NCBI RefSeq assembly: GCF_009914755.1
Contig: NC_060927.1
Source: the human T2T-CHM13v2.0 reference genome, Homo sapiens
Direction: 5' to 3' (one strand)
Length of the DNA stretch: 64,000 nucleotides
Position 1 is the stretch's first letter; each line of letters starts with the position of its first letter. The position numbers and the translations under genes are program-made. This document shows positions 12,579 to 25,997 of this stretch, piece after piece. The notes under the pieces were generated by a model. The model ran no database searches, had not been told where the DNA came from, and was given only the letters and a program-made list of their open reading frames with translations.

Positions 12579-15500
12579 AATCTGGCTTGGAGAGACTGGC
12601 TGTGAGACAGGATAATAAATTGGAGCTACTGAGGCCTTTAACCTTCAAATTGTGCTCCAGAATCATCATAAAGTAGATGGACCCAAGTTGAGGAACCTAG
12701 CTAAATATAGGCATCATCTAACTTTGTCCTCACAGCTTCTATAAGATAGAGCATTTTTCTGTCTTTTTAGACATGAAGAGGTTTGCCCAAAATCACACAT
12801 GTAGCTGTAGACTGGAGGTGCCAGGGATGGACCACAGAATTAACTTTCAACCCCTTCACCGCCACTCCTTAATGACGAGTGTGAGTTGGGTGTGACCACC
12901 AGCGGCAAGAGCCCCTGCATATTTAACACAGTAAAGGTGAGGAAAGCTTTGTCCCTAGCCCATTCTCTCCCCCAGTCAATAACCCAAATGGAGACCAGGA
13001 GACAGCTGGGTAGCAAATGCCCATTTAGAAGATATAAAGAACTAAAGGCAGGAAATGAAAAGTATAAAACCCAGTGAAATGGAGAAACAGCTTAAAAAAC
13101 TGAAGGACTTCTATGAACAGATTGAAGTTATAACTTGTGTTTCAAAAGACTATGCATAAAGTACTTAGGTAAAAACCATTGATAACAAATTATACAAAAT
13201 ATAAGAATATAAGAACATATAAAGCAAAAAGCCTTTGTATAAGAAAAGTTCACAAGCATACCCACCACCCCCTACAAAAAAGAGACACAAATTGCCGACT
13301 TTCAACTAGAAATTAGACCATCAATAAACTGCAAATTTTTTCTGCAATCTTTATTGATCCATTCATTTTGCTTAATAAGAATGGTCATGTATCAAGTATT
13401 TCAGCAAAAAACTTCTCAGTCCTAGTCATAATTGGACAATTAATTGGTCAGTCGGGACTGCTCTTCTAAACTGTGCAGCTATATCAAATTCTTTGAGCAA
13501 AACATAAATGCAGGTCCCAGAGGTAAACTATTATAAAAATGTTAACCACTGGTCTTCAAAGTGCTCTATTTCTTTCCAGAGGAGATAAGATCTGAGTTTC
13601 TTACCAATTTCCACACTTTAACTTGAAACAAAAGCACAAGATAACCACATAACTGACATACAAGAACTGAAGCCATGAGGTAGATAGAATGAACCCTAGT
13701 GGCTCAGTGTCATGCTTAAGTCATAAAAAATAACAGTAACGGTCCCTAAATTTCCCACAGGCTGGTAAACACTGGAGATTTTTAGATATTTGCCCTTCCC
13801 TGCCTGGGAATTTTTCCTCCACCCGTCCTCCCTCCTGTCTCAAGACAATGCCATCAGCCTTTGAAACTGCATCCATTGTAAACAGCTCTGAATATTAACA
13901 CGGCCCAGAGTTCTGTTCGCTTTTAAAAGACCCCCAGGGTTTCAAATTGCAGTCACTGAGGAGGGGGAACGTACCCAGTGAGTAAATGTCACATAGCTCA
14001 TTCAAAAGGAATTGAAAGTTAGGCTTGCTCGTGAAACTTAAAGTCCTTCTACCTATGGGGTAGGTCAGAGGAATCCCTTTTATGTTTTAAACAAACGAGG
14101 AAAAGAAGAAAGAAAGACTCTGATACAACCAACATCCTTTACTGCATATAACAACTTTCAATTCAATGAATCCCTCTTCTAGATTTCCCTCTCCTGTGCA
14201 TGCCACTTTTTAAATAACTATAGGCTATTTTAAACAACCTCCACCCAGCCTTCCTATCTAACAGACCTTCAGGGCTTTAGCAGGTGCACAGCACTGGGCC
14301 AGGTGCATTGTTAAGTCACACAAAACCCCAGTGCTCTCTCCTGCATTCCTGTCCACCCTGAAAGAGAGGAGGCTGAAGACTTTGCACCAAGGAGACACCC
14401 CTGCAGAAGCGGGAGAGGCCCTTTCATTGTGATCATGGTGTCTGAGGGAGAGAAAGGTCAGCCAGAGGCCGTCCCAATGGACTCAGGGAAGCTGCAGGGA
14501 GAACCCAGGCAAAGTAATTAACACTGGAGGGAGGAAAGCTTTCAGCTAACGGTGCAGAGCTGGGGAGATGGGACATGAGGACATCCACTAGGAACCAGCT
14601 CTCATCACACTACACTTAATTTTTCTTCATCTTTCTGAAGATGGTTCCGAGAATTACTGCTGATAATATGTTCAAAAGTCCAAAGTCTGTAAAATCTAGT
14701 AACCAAATATAATTATGCAAAGAGACAATACACTACTTTTTAAAACAGTCCCTTGAAAAGCGGGGCAGGAACAGTTCTGACATGTCCTAAAGGCAAGAGG
14801 GACATTGTGTGCCAATACACAGTTAATTTACATGGGGCGCTGGGAATCTCTGGACACTTCCTACTTTAGCAGTACTCAAAGAATAGATATTACGGCCACA
14901 ATTTCATATCAGCAAGACTTAAACAGTGTGCCTTTTTCTCACGACAACCAATATTATTTGCCAGAAATCTCACCTTACTCAAAAAAAGTTGTCAGAGAGC
15001 TATCAACAGACAAGTTATCCCCCAACAAGAGGGAAGACACTTGTTGCAAAAGAAAAGGACTCTGAGCTCAAGCTAAAGTTCCCTGAAACTCTAAGAGCAC
15101 TTGCACCTTTCAGACTGTATTCTTGGCAATTAACCTGTGTTTAAAATGCTCCCTATTCCAAACAACCCAGGTTCTTCCCTGTCCCACAAATCGGAAGACT
15201 TTTGTTTCAAAGTCTGTTGAGTTTAAGTGATATGGAGAAGGAAATATTTCAGGACCATCCATACAACAATCTACTTTAAAAAAAAAACATGAATCTCAGT
15301 TTAGGTTCCAGAACAATTTGGTGATCTGCACTTTAAACTTAATTTGCATAAACAGGATGGAAAGTATTTTCCAAACCCTTAATTCACAACACCCTGCACA
15401 CCTGGGCCTTCCAGCACAGCTGTAAAATTTGAAAGACAAAGGCCCTCTTTGCTTCCCAACCACAATGGCAACCACAGTTGGTGTTTATTTTCTAAGGTAA

Positions 15501-18500
15501 TCATAAGTACCACTTCTTTGCCAAAACTGGCAAGGTTAGATTTAAGCTAACTGATCTGGTATTGCAAACACATAGTACAAAGAGATCAAAATCAATAAAC
15601 TCATCTTAATGTGGCTTAGGATAACCACACTTGGTATACACTTTTGTGAATATCCTTGCTTTAGAATGCTCTGTCATCTTCACTCCACACTGAGAACAAA
15701 AATCAGGGTTTGTTCTTCCTCTAGGCCTGCCTTCCTAATCCTAATCCCAATCCCAATGGGCTACCATTCAGCTCTCAGGACATTTAAACTAGCAACATTT
15801 TGTGACTAAACACTGCTGAAATTTACGGCACAGGTAAGAGTCTAAGGTAAACTGTATTTAATACTTCTTAAATAGCTTCTGAAGCCATGCTCTCAAAAAT
15901 AATTTCAAAGAAAGCAAATATCTGAGTTCTAAGAAGTTCAACTTCTTCTCAGGTTCTGGGAAGTTGGAATAAGGCTTGGCAGTGGCTTGGTGCTATTTAT
16001 GAATGTGCTAGTTGGACCATGCCAATCTCACCTACGTAATGGGCTGGGAGACTTAAATTATGGCTTGACTACTACAACTGTAAGTTATTGTGCTGAAAAG
16101 TTATCCTCAGGCCCCAAAAATGAACCGATTATCATTATCCATTCTGTTTCTTCTATTCACACTGCATTTACATTCACTATTTAAAAGTTTTATTTTTCTT
16201 ATATCAGGCCTAGAAGCAACTTCCACATCAGACGCACTGTTTACAAAAAAAAAAAAAAAAAAAAAAAAAAGGTCCCATAAAGCCACAGGTCCTCTGCTAT
16301 CTCAAACCCACAGCCTGAAGTTGTTTGAACTAGCTGCAGTAAATCCAGTTCATGGGTTTATAAACTAGCTCAAAGCATTTTCTAGACAACGTGGGCTTAG
16401 AGCGTGTAAACTTGGTGAAACTACAAGATATTTCATTATATCATATACAGACACTTTCTCCCCTAAAGTCTTGCTGAATCTTAGCCAGGAATACAAACCA
16501 TATAAATACTCTTATGGAAATTCCAGAATAAGACTCACGGAGACTAATGATTTAAATTCAGAAGTCTGAAGTCTAGAAAAAAAGAACACATTTGCTTGAT
16601 TTGTCCTTAATCAGAAATAAGAAAACTTCACAAATATTTTTCAAAGGATAGCCATTTTGCACTGCATACTGTGTTGCTACATACTAACCAGAAATCATGC
16701 TGCTCATATCTTAAAATCGAATCAGTCAACACCATAATCAGTATACTAAAGTCTACTGATGCTCAAAATACCCACTTTGGTATTTCTCGATCATCAAATG
16801 TGTGAGTAAAAGAGAAGGACTTCAATTTTGAAGGTATTTATGCCATGTGAAATGTCACTCCTAGGCAACAGAAAGCCTAAAGAAATAACCAGTATGTTTT
16901 GCTCCAAAAATTAAAGGGCAAGGCAAAGTGGATCTTGTGACCATAGGAAAGTGCAAATAAGAGGACACCCTGCCCTCTCTGGGAAGTTACTTCTGTGGAA
17001 CTAAGTGCTTTCCCCACAATGCCACTGACACATGGCATTGGGAGTCACTCTTCCAACAGGTGAACACTTAAGAAGTTAATCTGATTTTGCCCACATGATT
17101 CTATTTAAAAAAAAAAAAAAAAACTACCGTATGTAAGGGAAAAATCACAATACCCCAGACTAAATAAGAGACTACCTAAGGACAATACTGGGCTCTATCT
17201 CCCAGTACTTCACAAAAGCTCTGCCTCCACCCTACGACCACTGATTTTCACTAACTCAGTAAATTCCACAGAAGAAGTAGATATTGAAAACCTAACTGTA
17301 ACTAAAGGGTTCCTGGTTGTCTTCAGAACTCTGTAGTACTTGTTCATGGAGCAGTGTCTGGGGCCAAGTTAAAGATTCGTGCCCCATTTTGAGAGGTACA
17401 GGATCTTTACATTTAAAAGGAATTAACTTTTCTTCCCTTCACGGTAGTCAGAACACAGGCCACATTTTCTTCGATCAAGCCACAGGTGCTGGTTACAACT
17501 TGTGACACCAGTTTTCTCTTTTTAAAACAGCCATAGTCATGCCTAAGGTTACTGCTGTGCCTTTCCTATGTTCTAGGAAAAATGTCCAATTATTCAACCG
17601 AAATGCGGACTATTTAAGCTAGGCCTTTTCTGGAAAGGTACTAATGGTTCTACAGAGATGCTAATTACCCATAACTGAACGGGATTTGACTCATGCACCA
17701 GATTTGTTAGAAGTAAAAGAAGACTATTCTATTCTACCATGTTTACAGAAGTCTAATGCCTTTTTTTTCCTGTCAAATCTCCTGTAAGAAGTGTCCCACT
17801 AAGTCCTAATAAGCCCACATCCTGACAGCACAGAAAAGAACCTCTTTCGGGTGAAACAAACAGCTTAAATCAGCCAAGCCCCTGGCACCCTCTCCTGAAG
17901 CAGCACTTCTCCAAAACTCATTTGCACCATTTATGGAGGAGAGAGTCTTGAGGGTGGGCCCCACCCCACTGGATCATCAAGCCCAATGGGGCCCCAGGGA
18001 ACACACAGGAAGGGTCTGGAACACAGTTCCGTAAAATGCCAAACAGGCGTAAAAGGACAAACTCCCAGCACTCACAGGTCGCCAGGAACTGTCAAAGCCC
18101 TCTAACTCAGGGGTCCTCGGGGGAAGACTGCCTTCTGCCCCGCACAGAGAGGCAAGTCAGGCCACCACGGTCTTCGGGGATCAGGAGACGGCTACACACA
18201 CTATCAACTAATAAATAATGTAAACGAAAGACTGGACCCAACAGTCACCTTCATTCATTACCCACTGGAAGACCAAGGAGCTCAGACACCAAATAGTTGG
18301 ATTACAGGAGAGGAAAAGGAAACGCACCCACATACCCCCACAGACTTCTTCACACTCTTCTCCAGACGTTTCCCACCCACCCACCCGCAAACACACTCAG
18401 CTCCAGACTCCCACTCACTCACCCCCAGATGGCCCGCACGACGCGTGCTGGCTAACCCCCAAATCTCTACGACCCACGCTCGCTCGTCTCCAGACCCCAC

Positions 18501-18729
18501 GAGGCACGCTCTTCTTCTCCAGGCTCTCTCGCACGCCTACTCCCCCGGACCTCCACGCAGAATCTCCCTTCCGCCACTCCAACCTGACAGTCTTCCAACA
18601 CGCACAAGCACGCACAACTCCACACACACAACCCAGTCCGCACCCCCTCCCTGAGTACGAACCCCCGCCGCTCCATCCCCAAGTGACAGAGCCCCGGGGC
18701 GCAGAGAGGGCGGAAAGGGCGGCACTCAC

Positions 18730-18947
18730 AGGCTCCGCGTCCAGGAGGGCAGGTCCCCGGGCAACGCAGCCAGCCCGCGCCCACCGCAGTCCAGCGAGTC
18801 CCCAGCGCAAGTGCAGGCGGCCGCGCAGGGCGCCCGCGGGCCGGCCGCGGCGGTCACCGGCTCCAGCCGAACCAAAACCAGCCAGAGAAGGAGAAGGCAA
18901 GGCGAGCGGCGCGGGGCCCCGAGCCCTCCCCGGACCGGCCGCGCCAT
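18730..18947 (-). CDS. LRIG1: LRIG1 coding exon 1 (signal peptide + LRR N-terminal cap), partial CDS, phase-2 intron follows
   Basis: Translates [73 protein letters not shown], matching the recalled LRIG1 N-terminus; strong Kozak (AAGATGG); ends at canonical donor CT|GTGAGT (18729-18724); CxxxCxC...C LRRNT motif. Confidence 0.97.
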
Positions 18948-19600
18948 CTTGTCTGGAGCGCGCTGCGAACTCCGGGCGCGGGGACTGTGAGGACCCGAAC
19001 GGCCGCAGACGCGGGCGGGCCCGCGGGGCGCTCCGCTCGGCTCTAGACTCCGCACCGGGGCATGGCCCCCGCCCCAAGTTCTCTCTGCGGCCGCGGCTCC
19101 GGCACTCAGCGTGCCCCCGGTGCCCGGGCCGCTCCGGAGCACCCGGCGGGGGCCGCAAACCCCGCGCCCATCCGGGCCGGCCGGCCCGCCCTCGCTAGCT
19201 GCGAACTCCGCCGATTCGGGCAAGGTGTACCCAGCCTGCGCTCTTCGTCCGCCCGGGGCACGCCGAGTGCCGCTACCGACACCGGCCGAGGGCAGTGCTG
19301 CCGCTGCGCCTGGAAGACAGGCGTTCAGCCCCGCAGCCCGAGCTCGGTGCCGGCAGGCATCTTCCTCTGGGCTCGGAGCGCAAAGCCGTAGACCTCGGGC
19401 TGGACGGCGCGGCCGGCCCCGCGCTGGGAGGCCCCAGTGCGCCTCGCTGTCCCCACGCCGCGGCCAGAGAGCGCGCGCGCGCGCGCAGCCTCGGGTTCCG
19501 CACGGCTCCTCCGCGCAGCAAGAGTCCCGCCGACCTCGCAGCCGAACAATCAGCCGCTTGCTGTTCGCCTCCCCGCGGCCCAGCCCCGGCCGGTCCCCCA
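18948..19600 (-). other. LRIG1: LRIG1 GC-rich 5' UTR (TSS boundary approximate)
   Basis: Between the ATG and the CCAAT/GC-box cluster; no evident acceptor with a polypyrimidine tract; TSS inferred, not observed. Confidence 0.65.
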
Positions 19601-19885
19601 AGCCCCGCCCCCGGCCGCTCGCCCGCACACACCCCCTAGGCTCCGCGCTCCGCGGCCGCCTGCTGGCCCACGTTGGATGCTTTGCAACAGCGCCCCGCCA
19701 CGCCTCCCCGCCTGCTGCTCATTGGCTGCCGGAGTCCACCGTGGCCAGCCTCGAGGGCCATTGGAGCGCTCGCTGTGATCCCGCCCCTCCCGCTTCACCG
19801 GCTACCCCGCCCCCACACTCTTTTCCCACCCAAGGTGTGAAGGGCGGGAGACTGGGAGGAGAAAGGGAGGGACGGCCCCCGCCTC
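19600..19885 (-). promoter_or_regulatory. TATA-less proximal promoter: two CCAAT boxes and several Sp/KLF GC boxes
   Basis: ATTGG at 19721-19725 and 19760-19764 (CCAAT on -); CCGCCC/GGGCGG near 19605, 19781, 19807, 19842. Confidence 0.75.
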
Positions 19886-20313
19886 TTAAAGGAGACACGC
19901 AGGTTGTTGTTGGAGAACGGGAACGCGGGCTGGGGAAAGGAGGCGTGAAGATACGCCCTCTGCGTCAAGAAGGGGAGAGAAAGTTAAGAGGGTAAAACGC
20001 CCCCGTTTTGGGGCTGTCTGGCCCCAAGGCTTTTTACGTCCTCCTCAGGCTGCAAGCAGGACTGCAGATTAGAAGCAAACCCGCGTCCGTTTTCCAGGTT
20101 CCTTCCAAAAGCGAAGACAGAGGTTTAAAACTTAACACATTTCTTCCTGACTGGGACATCCTTGGTTATTTCATTAGGCGTGGTCCCCTTCCTCCTCGAG
20201 CAGCCTGGAGCATCTGCTCCTGACTTGTTCTTCACGTCCTAAATCCAGCAATATGTCCTTGATTACTAAAATGAATGTGTGCTGCAGAAACCTAGTCTCA
20301 AAGGTGCACCCTC

Positions 20314-20624
20314 GGCCAGGAGTGGTGGCTCACGCCTGTAATCCCAGCAGTTTGGCAGGCCAAGGCGGGCGGATCACCTGAGGTCAGGAATTCGAGACCA
20401 GCCTGGCCAACATGGTAAAACCCCGTCTGTACTAAAAATGAAAAATAAAAAAATTAGGCAGGTGTGGTGGTGCACACCTGTAATACCAGCTACGGGAGGC
20501 TGGGACAGGAGAGCTGCTTGAACCCCGGAGGCGGAGGCTGCAATGAGCAGAGACTTGTCACTGAATTGTCACTGAATTCCAGCCTGGGTGACAGAGCGAA
20601 ACTCCGTCTCAAAAAAAAAAAAAA
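20314..20624 (+). mobile_element. AluS
   Basis: Alu consensus; TSD-like AAAG(G)TGCAC(C/T)CTC; internal duplication ttgtcactgaa. Confidence 0.95.
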
Positions 20625-22873
20625 GTGCACTCTCCTTCCCAGCTAGTGAGTTGAAGGGTACTTCTAGAAATGCTGCAGCCTTTGATAAAGGGGTTGCTTT
20701 GTTGTTGTCATTGGGTTTTTGTTTTAATCAGAGTCTTTTTAAGATAATTTTCAAGAAGCCATTGTGTATTCGTAAGAGACAGAGTTAAAGGAGAAATAAT
20801 AGTTAACAAAGCTTCTAACTTTTGCTCTTAAAGATCAGACCATAGTAGTAGTGTGTTACGATAGTACGTGGTAACATTAAGCAGACATACACACATTGAG
20901 AAAAAAAGAAAAAGATTACCACTGTAACATATAGCTGCCCTCTGGGCGTTTTGGTTTGCTAGTGTCTCATATCCCTTCCCAAGAGTATGCAAATTACTAA
21001 CATAACTGCGCACATTGTCAGGAAGATTAAGCAGGTCAAGTCTGTTGAAAAACATTTGCTCCAGAACATTAAATCTGAGTTGTGTTTTATGGAAGTGGGG
21101 TGGGGTGGGAGGTAAAGAGGAGAAGTTGAACCTTAGGGAAAAAAGGCAAAAAAAAAAAAAAAATTAAAGGGTTTATTCCATTTTCGACACAATCTAAGAG
21201 GTTTGCTTTAATTGAGATGCACTAAATGTGTTAAACTTTCCCTCAGCCATAAGATCACCTCTTTTCTTTAGCCAAAATGTGATCTTCCTATCCCTTCCTC
21301 CCCTTTTTCCTTCTTCCCCTTCTGAATTCATTGCGCCTCATTTTTTTCTTGTTTAATTTTGCATGATCTCAGCAGTGATGCCCAAAGCAGTGCTCAAATA
21401 TGTGGGTAAATCAATTCAAATCTAATTCCCAAGAAATATTATCAGAAAAATGCTGCACCTGACCCATCCCACCCAGAGCTTTAACCAGCTTTTATGTTTC
21501 ATATGTAATCCAAATAAACATACACCTTCCATCTGGACGAGAAGAAATATGTCCTTTTGTTCTATCCCTTTTGGTAAATATAATAATAATAAGCAGTGGG
21601 AATGGAATTAAAAAGACCCTAAATTTATGAAGTCCTCTCAGTCAGTGTTTAAGTTTTACACAAAGAACACAAAACAGTAATTTGATGCAGAATACCCACA
21701 GCCGTTTCCTGAAATGAAACTGTCAGATCCTCCCTGTCCCCACCCCACAATAAAACAGCATATGCAGCAAAAAATGAATTGAACTGATTGAACTTCTTGA
21801 GATGCTGACCTAAAATTATCTTTCAGGTTTGTCTCATTTCTAGTACTATAAAAGTGGGTAATTCTTGTAAAATGTTTTTTCAAATGTGTATGGGTGTACT
21901 TGTGAGATGCCTTTTTGGAATCTTAGTTTTCTGGAGGATAGAATTTAAGAATCTGCAAGGTGAGGGAGTGCCCACAAATCTAAAGCATCCCTTGTGGTCT
22001 GGTTACCATGCAGCCAGAGAAAAGGATTCCAAAGCCGGGGCACACTTGGGGGGACAGGGCGCCTAAGCCTTGGCAGTTCCTCTCGTCTACAGCAAAGCAT
22101 GAAGTCATGTCTGCTCCCCATACCATGTATGGAAGTTTGCCCACATACTAGCAACCTGCTTGTGATTGCAATGAGAGTGTGAACTTGGAGAGCAGTGATA
22201 TCCAGCTCAGGGGGGAATTCATCTGCAGCCACCACCTAAGATGAAGGAGATCTCAACAACAACAACAGCAAATGTCTAAGGGAATCTATGTCCCTGCTCA
22301 TAAAAGTGCAAGTCTTGGTCCATTCAGCACAGAGCAACAGTTGATTTGGGTGCTGTAGGTCCTTATTTTCCTCACACTGCAACTTTGATCTTTCTAAATG
22401 CTTATTCCTTAAATGAGTCATCCGGGGATTTTAGATTTTCCAGTTCATTTTCATCTACCCCAGGGATAGCATGGAATCAAACCCCAGTGAGAATCTCTGC
22501 AGGTCTCTCTTGACTCCAGAAGCCCTAGCAGTTAATCATCCTAAGTTAATCATGCTTGAGAGAGGAACCCAAAATCTAAATAGCCTGAAATCTATTGGGG
22601 AGAGAAGCAAATAACAAAATAACAAGAAAGAAGGTTAACCATAGGAATTTTTTTTTTTAACACAACTTCCTGGGGACTGAATTTGTGCCAGTTTGCTATA
22701 GTTCTAGGTGGTGGTCTTTAGTGGTTTTAAAGAATGCTGAGATTCAGAGGGGCTTTCTTAATGTTAGGTGAGATTTTACACTGTGTTCAATACATTAAAA
22801 AAGCACCAGGTCACCATTCAGGAGAGCTGGGTTCCAGCCAGGCCTTGTTATGGGTGAAACCTTTGACCAGTCA

Positions 22874-23279
<406 letters not shown>

Positions 23280-24488
23280 TCATTTTGATAAAGGACCAAA
23301 GGGGCATTATAAACTGTTTACATCTCATTGTTTTCAAGGTGTTATTGATTTGTTAACTCTGAAAAACTGAGAGCCCATATGTATAATGTAGATGGAAAAT
23401 CTTAGCAGGTTGTTTCAGCAGGAAAGTTTCTTGTCCAGGAATGTGACAAAGGGTTAATAATTAGCTATGAAACCCCTGAAGACTTGCAGGGTGATGACAG
23501 CCCTGCTTTGAGCCTGTTTTCTATCTCTCTTCCAAGGAAAATAAAACTGTGTACTCATTAACTCCTTCGTCGCAATAATCTTGTCAAGGAGATGGATGGG
23601 TGGAGAAGGTAAGAGAGGAGGCTAATGAGTCTGGGAATAGAATATAAAAAGAGAAAGATTTTGAGATCTCCCCATCCCCCATTCCAACATTTGCCTTTGG
23701 TGGAGGTAGTTTTCTTGTGCAATCTCTGGCTATTGGAATATTGGTTAATGCCCAGACAGTGCCAAGCTGCAGCTGCTGCAGTTCCACAGCAAGAATGGTT
23801 GTTGCCTGCAGCTCAGCTGTGACCCTTCACAGGATCTGCCCTCCTCCACAGAGCACCATCGACAGGGGCCAAAAACCTTTAGAGTCCACTTTCTAACACA
23901 AACTAGAACCTTGACACTTGTCCTTGCCTTGTGAATGTGAAATGTTTACTGGTTCACTGAAAGGATGAAAAAAAATATGTCAAAGGTATGAGCATTTCAT
24001 AATTCTGAGATTGAGATTCTGGAGTAATGGTCATTGTAGGAGGCAGTCCCTTACCTCTGACGGTGATGATGATGGGATGGACTAATTACATCATCACCAG
24101 AGACCGCACCTCTCACTCCCAATCTGCTGCCTTTGCAAATGTCACTCCGAGAAGTACATGAGGGCGAGTGCAGGGAGGATTCAAAGTTTATGCCTCACTG
24201 CCAACCACTCAGAACTAACACTGCAATGTATATAAAGAACAGCACATTGATCATAACATAATAATAATCTTATGAAGTCATATACCTTACATTTTTCAAA
24301 GCACTGTCACATCATAACAACAGCTATCATTTACGGAGCACTTTTTATATGTCTTTCATGTTGTTGAGTGCTTTATGTACTTTTTTCAGTGAGGTAGGAG
24401 CTAAGAAAAACGTTTAAGGCCACACAAGCTAATAAGTGACAGGGCCAAGATTCCAAACCAGTTCTGTGGACACCAAAGATCTATTTTG

Positions 24489-24793
24489 GGCTGGGCACGG
24501 TGGCTCAATTCCTGTAATCCCAGCACTTTGAAAGGCCAAGATGGGTGGATCACTTGAAGTCAGGAGTTCGAGACAAGCCTGACCAACATGGTGAAATCCC
24601 TTCTCTACTAAAAAGAAAAATATTAGCTGGGCATGGTGGTGCATGCCTGTAGTCCCAGCTACTCAGGAGTCTGAGGCAGGAGGATCACCTGAGCCCAGGA
24701 GGCAGAGGTTGCGGTGAGCCGAGATCGAGCCACTGCATTCCAGCCTGGGTGACAGAGCAAGACCCTGTCTCAAAAACAAAGAAACAAAAAACC
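24489..24793 (+). mobile_element. Alu
   Basis: 16-bp TSD CCAAAGATCTATTTTG at 24473-24488 and 24794-24809. Confidence 0.95.
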
Positions 24794-25691
24794 CCAAAGA
24801 TCTATTTTGACATTTGAGCCTCCTAAACTTTGAATATGAAAATTGTTATTGTTCCCACTTTACAGATGAGAAAGCTGAGGTTCAGTGATTGTCCCAAGGT
24901 CACGCGGCATCAGGAATAAATAGAATCTTAAATCACAAGTTTCATCACAACCACCAGCACACATATTTTATATTCAGTGAATGTCTTACGAAGTGTATCA
25001 TGGAGCTTCTTTCTCAGGGATGCCATGAGAATGGATGTGATTTCTTTACTTTTTCATATTTACTAATAGATTTTCAAAGTTCCCTCTATGATTAATAAGT
25101 TAAAATTTTAAAGGATAAATATCTAGACTTTTCTCTCCCCCCATACCCAGCAGTACTTGTATAACAACAGTGGTTAACATTACTGATCACTTACTATGTG
25201 CTAGGCATTATTTCACATCATGGCTTAATTTCACTGAAGAATTCTATGAGATACCTTAGAGATTGTCATCTTACATATGAAGTTACTGAAACTCTGAAAT
25301 CAATCCCCTTGCCCACATTATACCCTAATTAGGTGCTGAGCAGGAAGAGGCTCACAGCTAACCTACCCCAATCACACTCCCTCTCTTATCATTCTCACTT
25401 TTGATTATTTTTCCTGTTTATCTCTTCCTCCAGTCTAGTAGCTCAGTAAGTTAAAAGTAAGTTAAAAGACTGAGTCTAAATCCCTTCTTGGTATTCCTGT
25501 TGTCTAACACAATTCCAGGCACATGGTAGGCACAGAGACAATATTTGCTGAGTGAGTCCTGCCTGCCCTGCAAGGAGGGAGAATTATCAAGCCTCTTTCC
25601 TCCCCCATTTTATTTTATACATGCTTGCTATTCACATATGTGTGCTGACCACATCAATATTACCTGGAGCTTCTCAGAAATGTGAACCTTA

Positions 25692-25997
<306 letters not shown>

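Larger units (their letters stand above)
18400..20250. promoter_or_regulatory. CpG island spanning LRIG1 promoter, exon 1 and start of intron 1
   Basis: Very high GC and CpG density compared with CpG-depleted flanks. Confidence 0.95.

Noticed and set aside
12223-12676. K/E/R-rich and F/L/S-rich ORFs
   Set aside because: Translations of the polypurine tract
15734-15757. (CCTAAT)2(CCCAAT)2 telomere-like hexamers
   Set aside because: Not TTAGGG/CCCTAA and only four degenerate units
18415-19995. Long overlapping ORFs on both strands (247, 171, 294 aa etc.)
   Set aside because: Ala/Arg/Pro/Gly-rich products of a stop-poor CpG island; no domain signature apart from the LRIG1 exon
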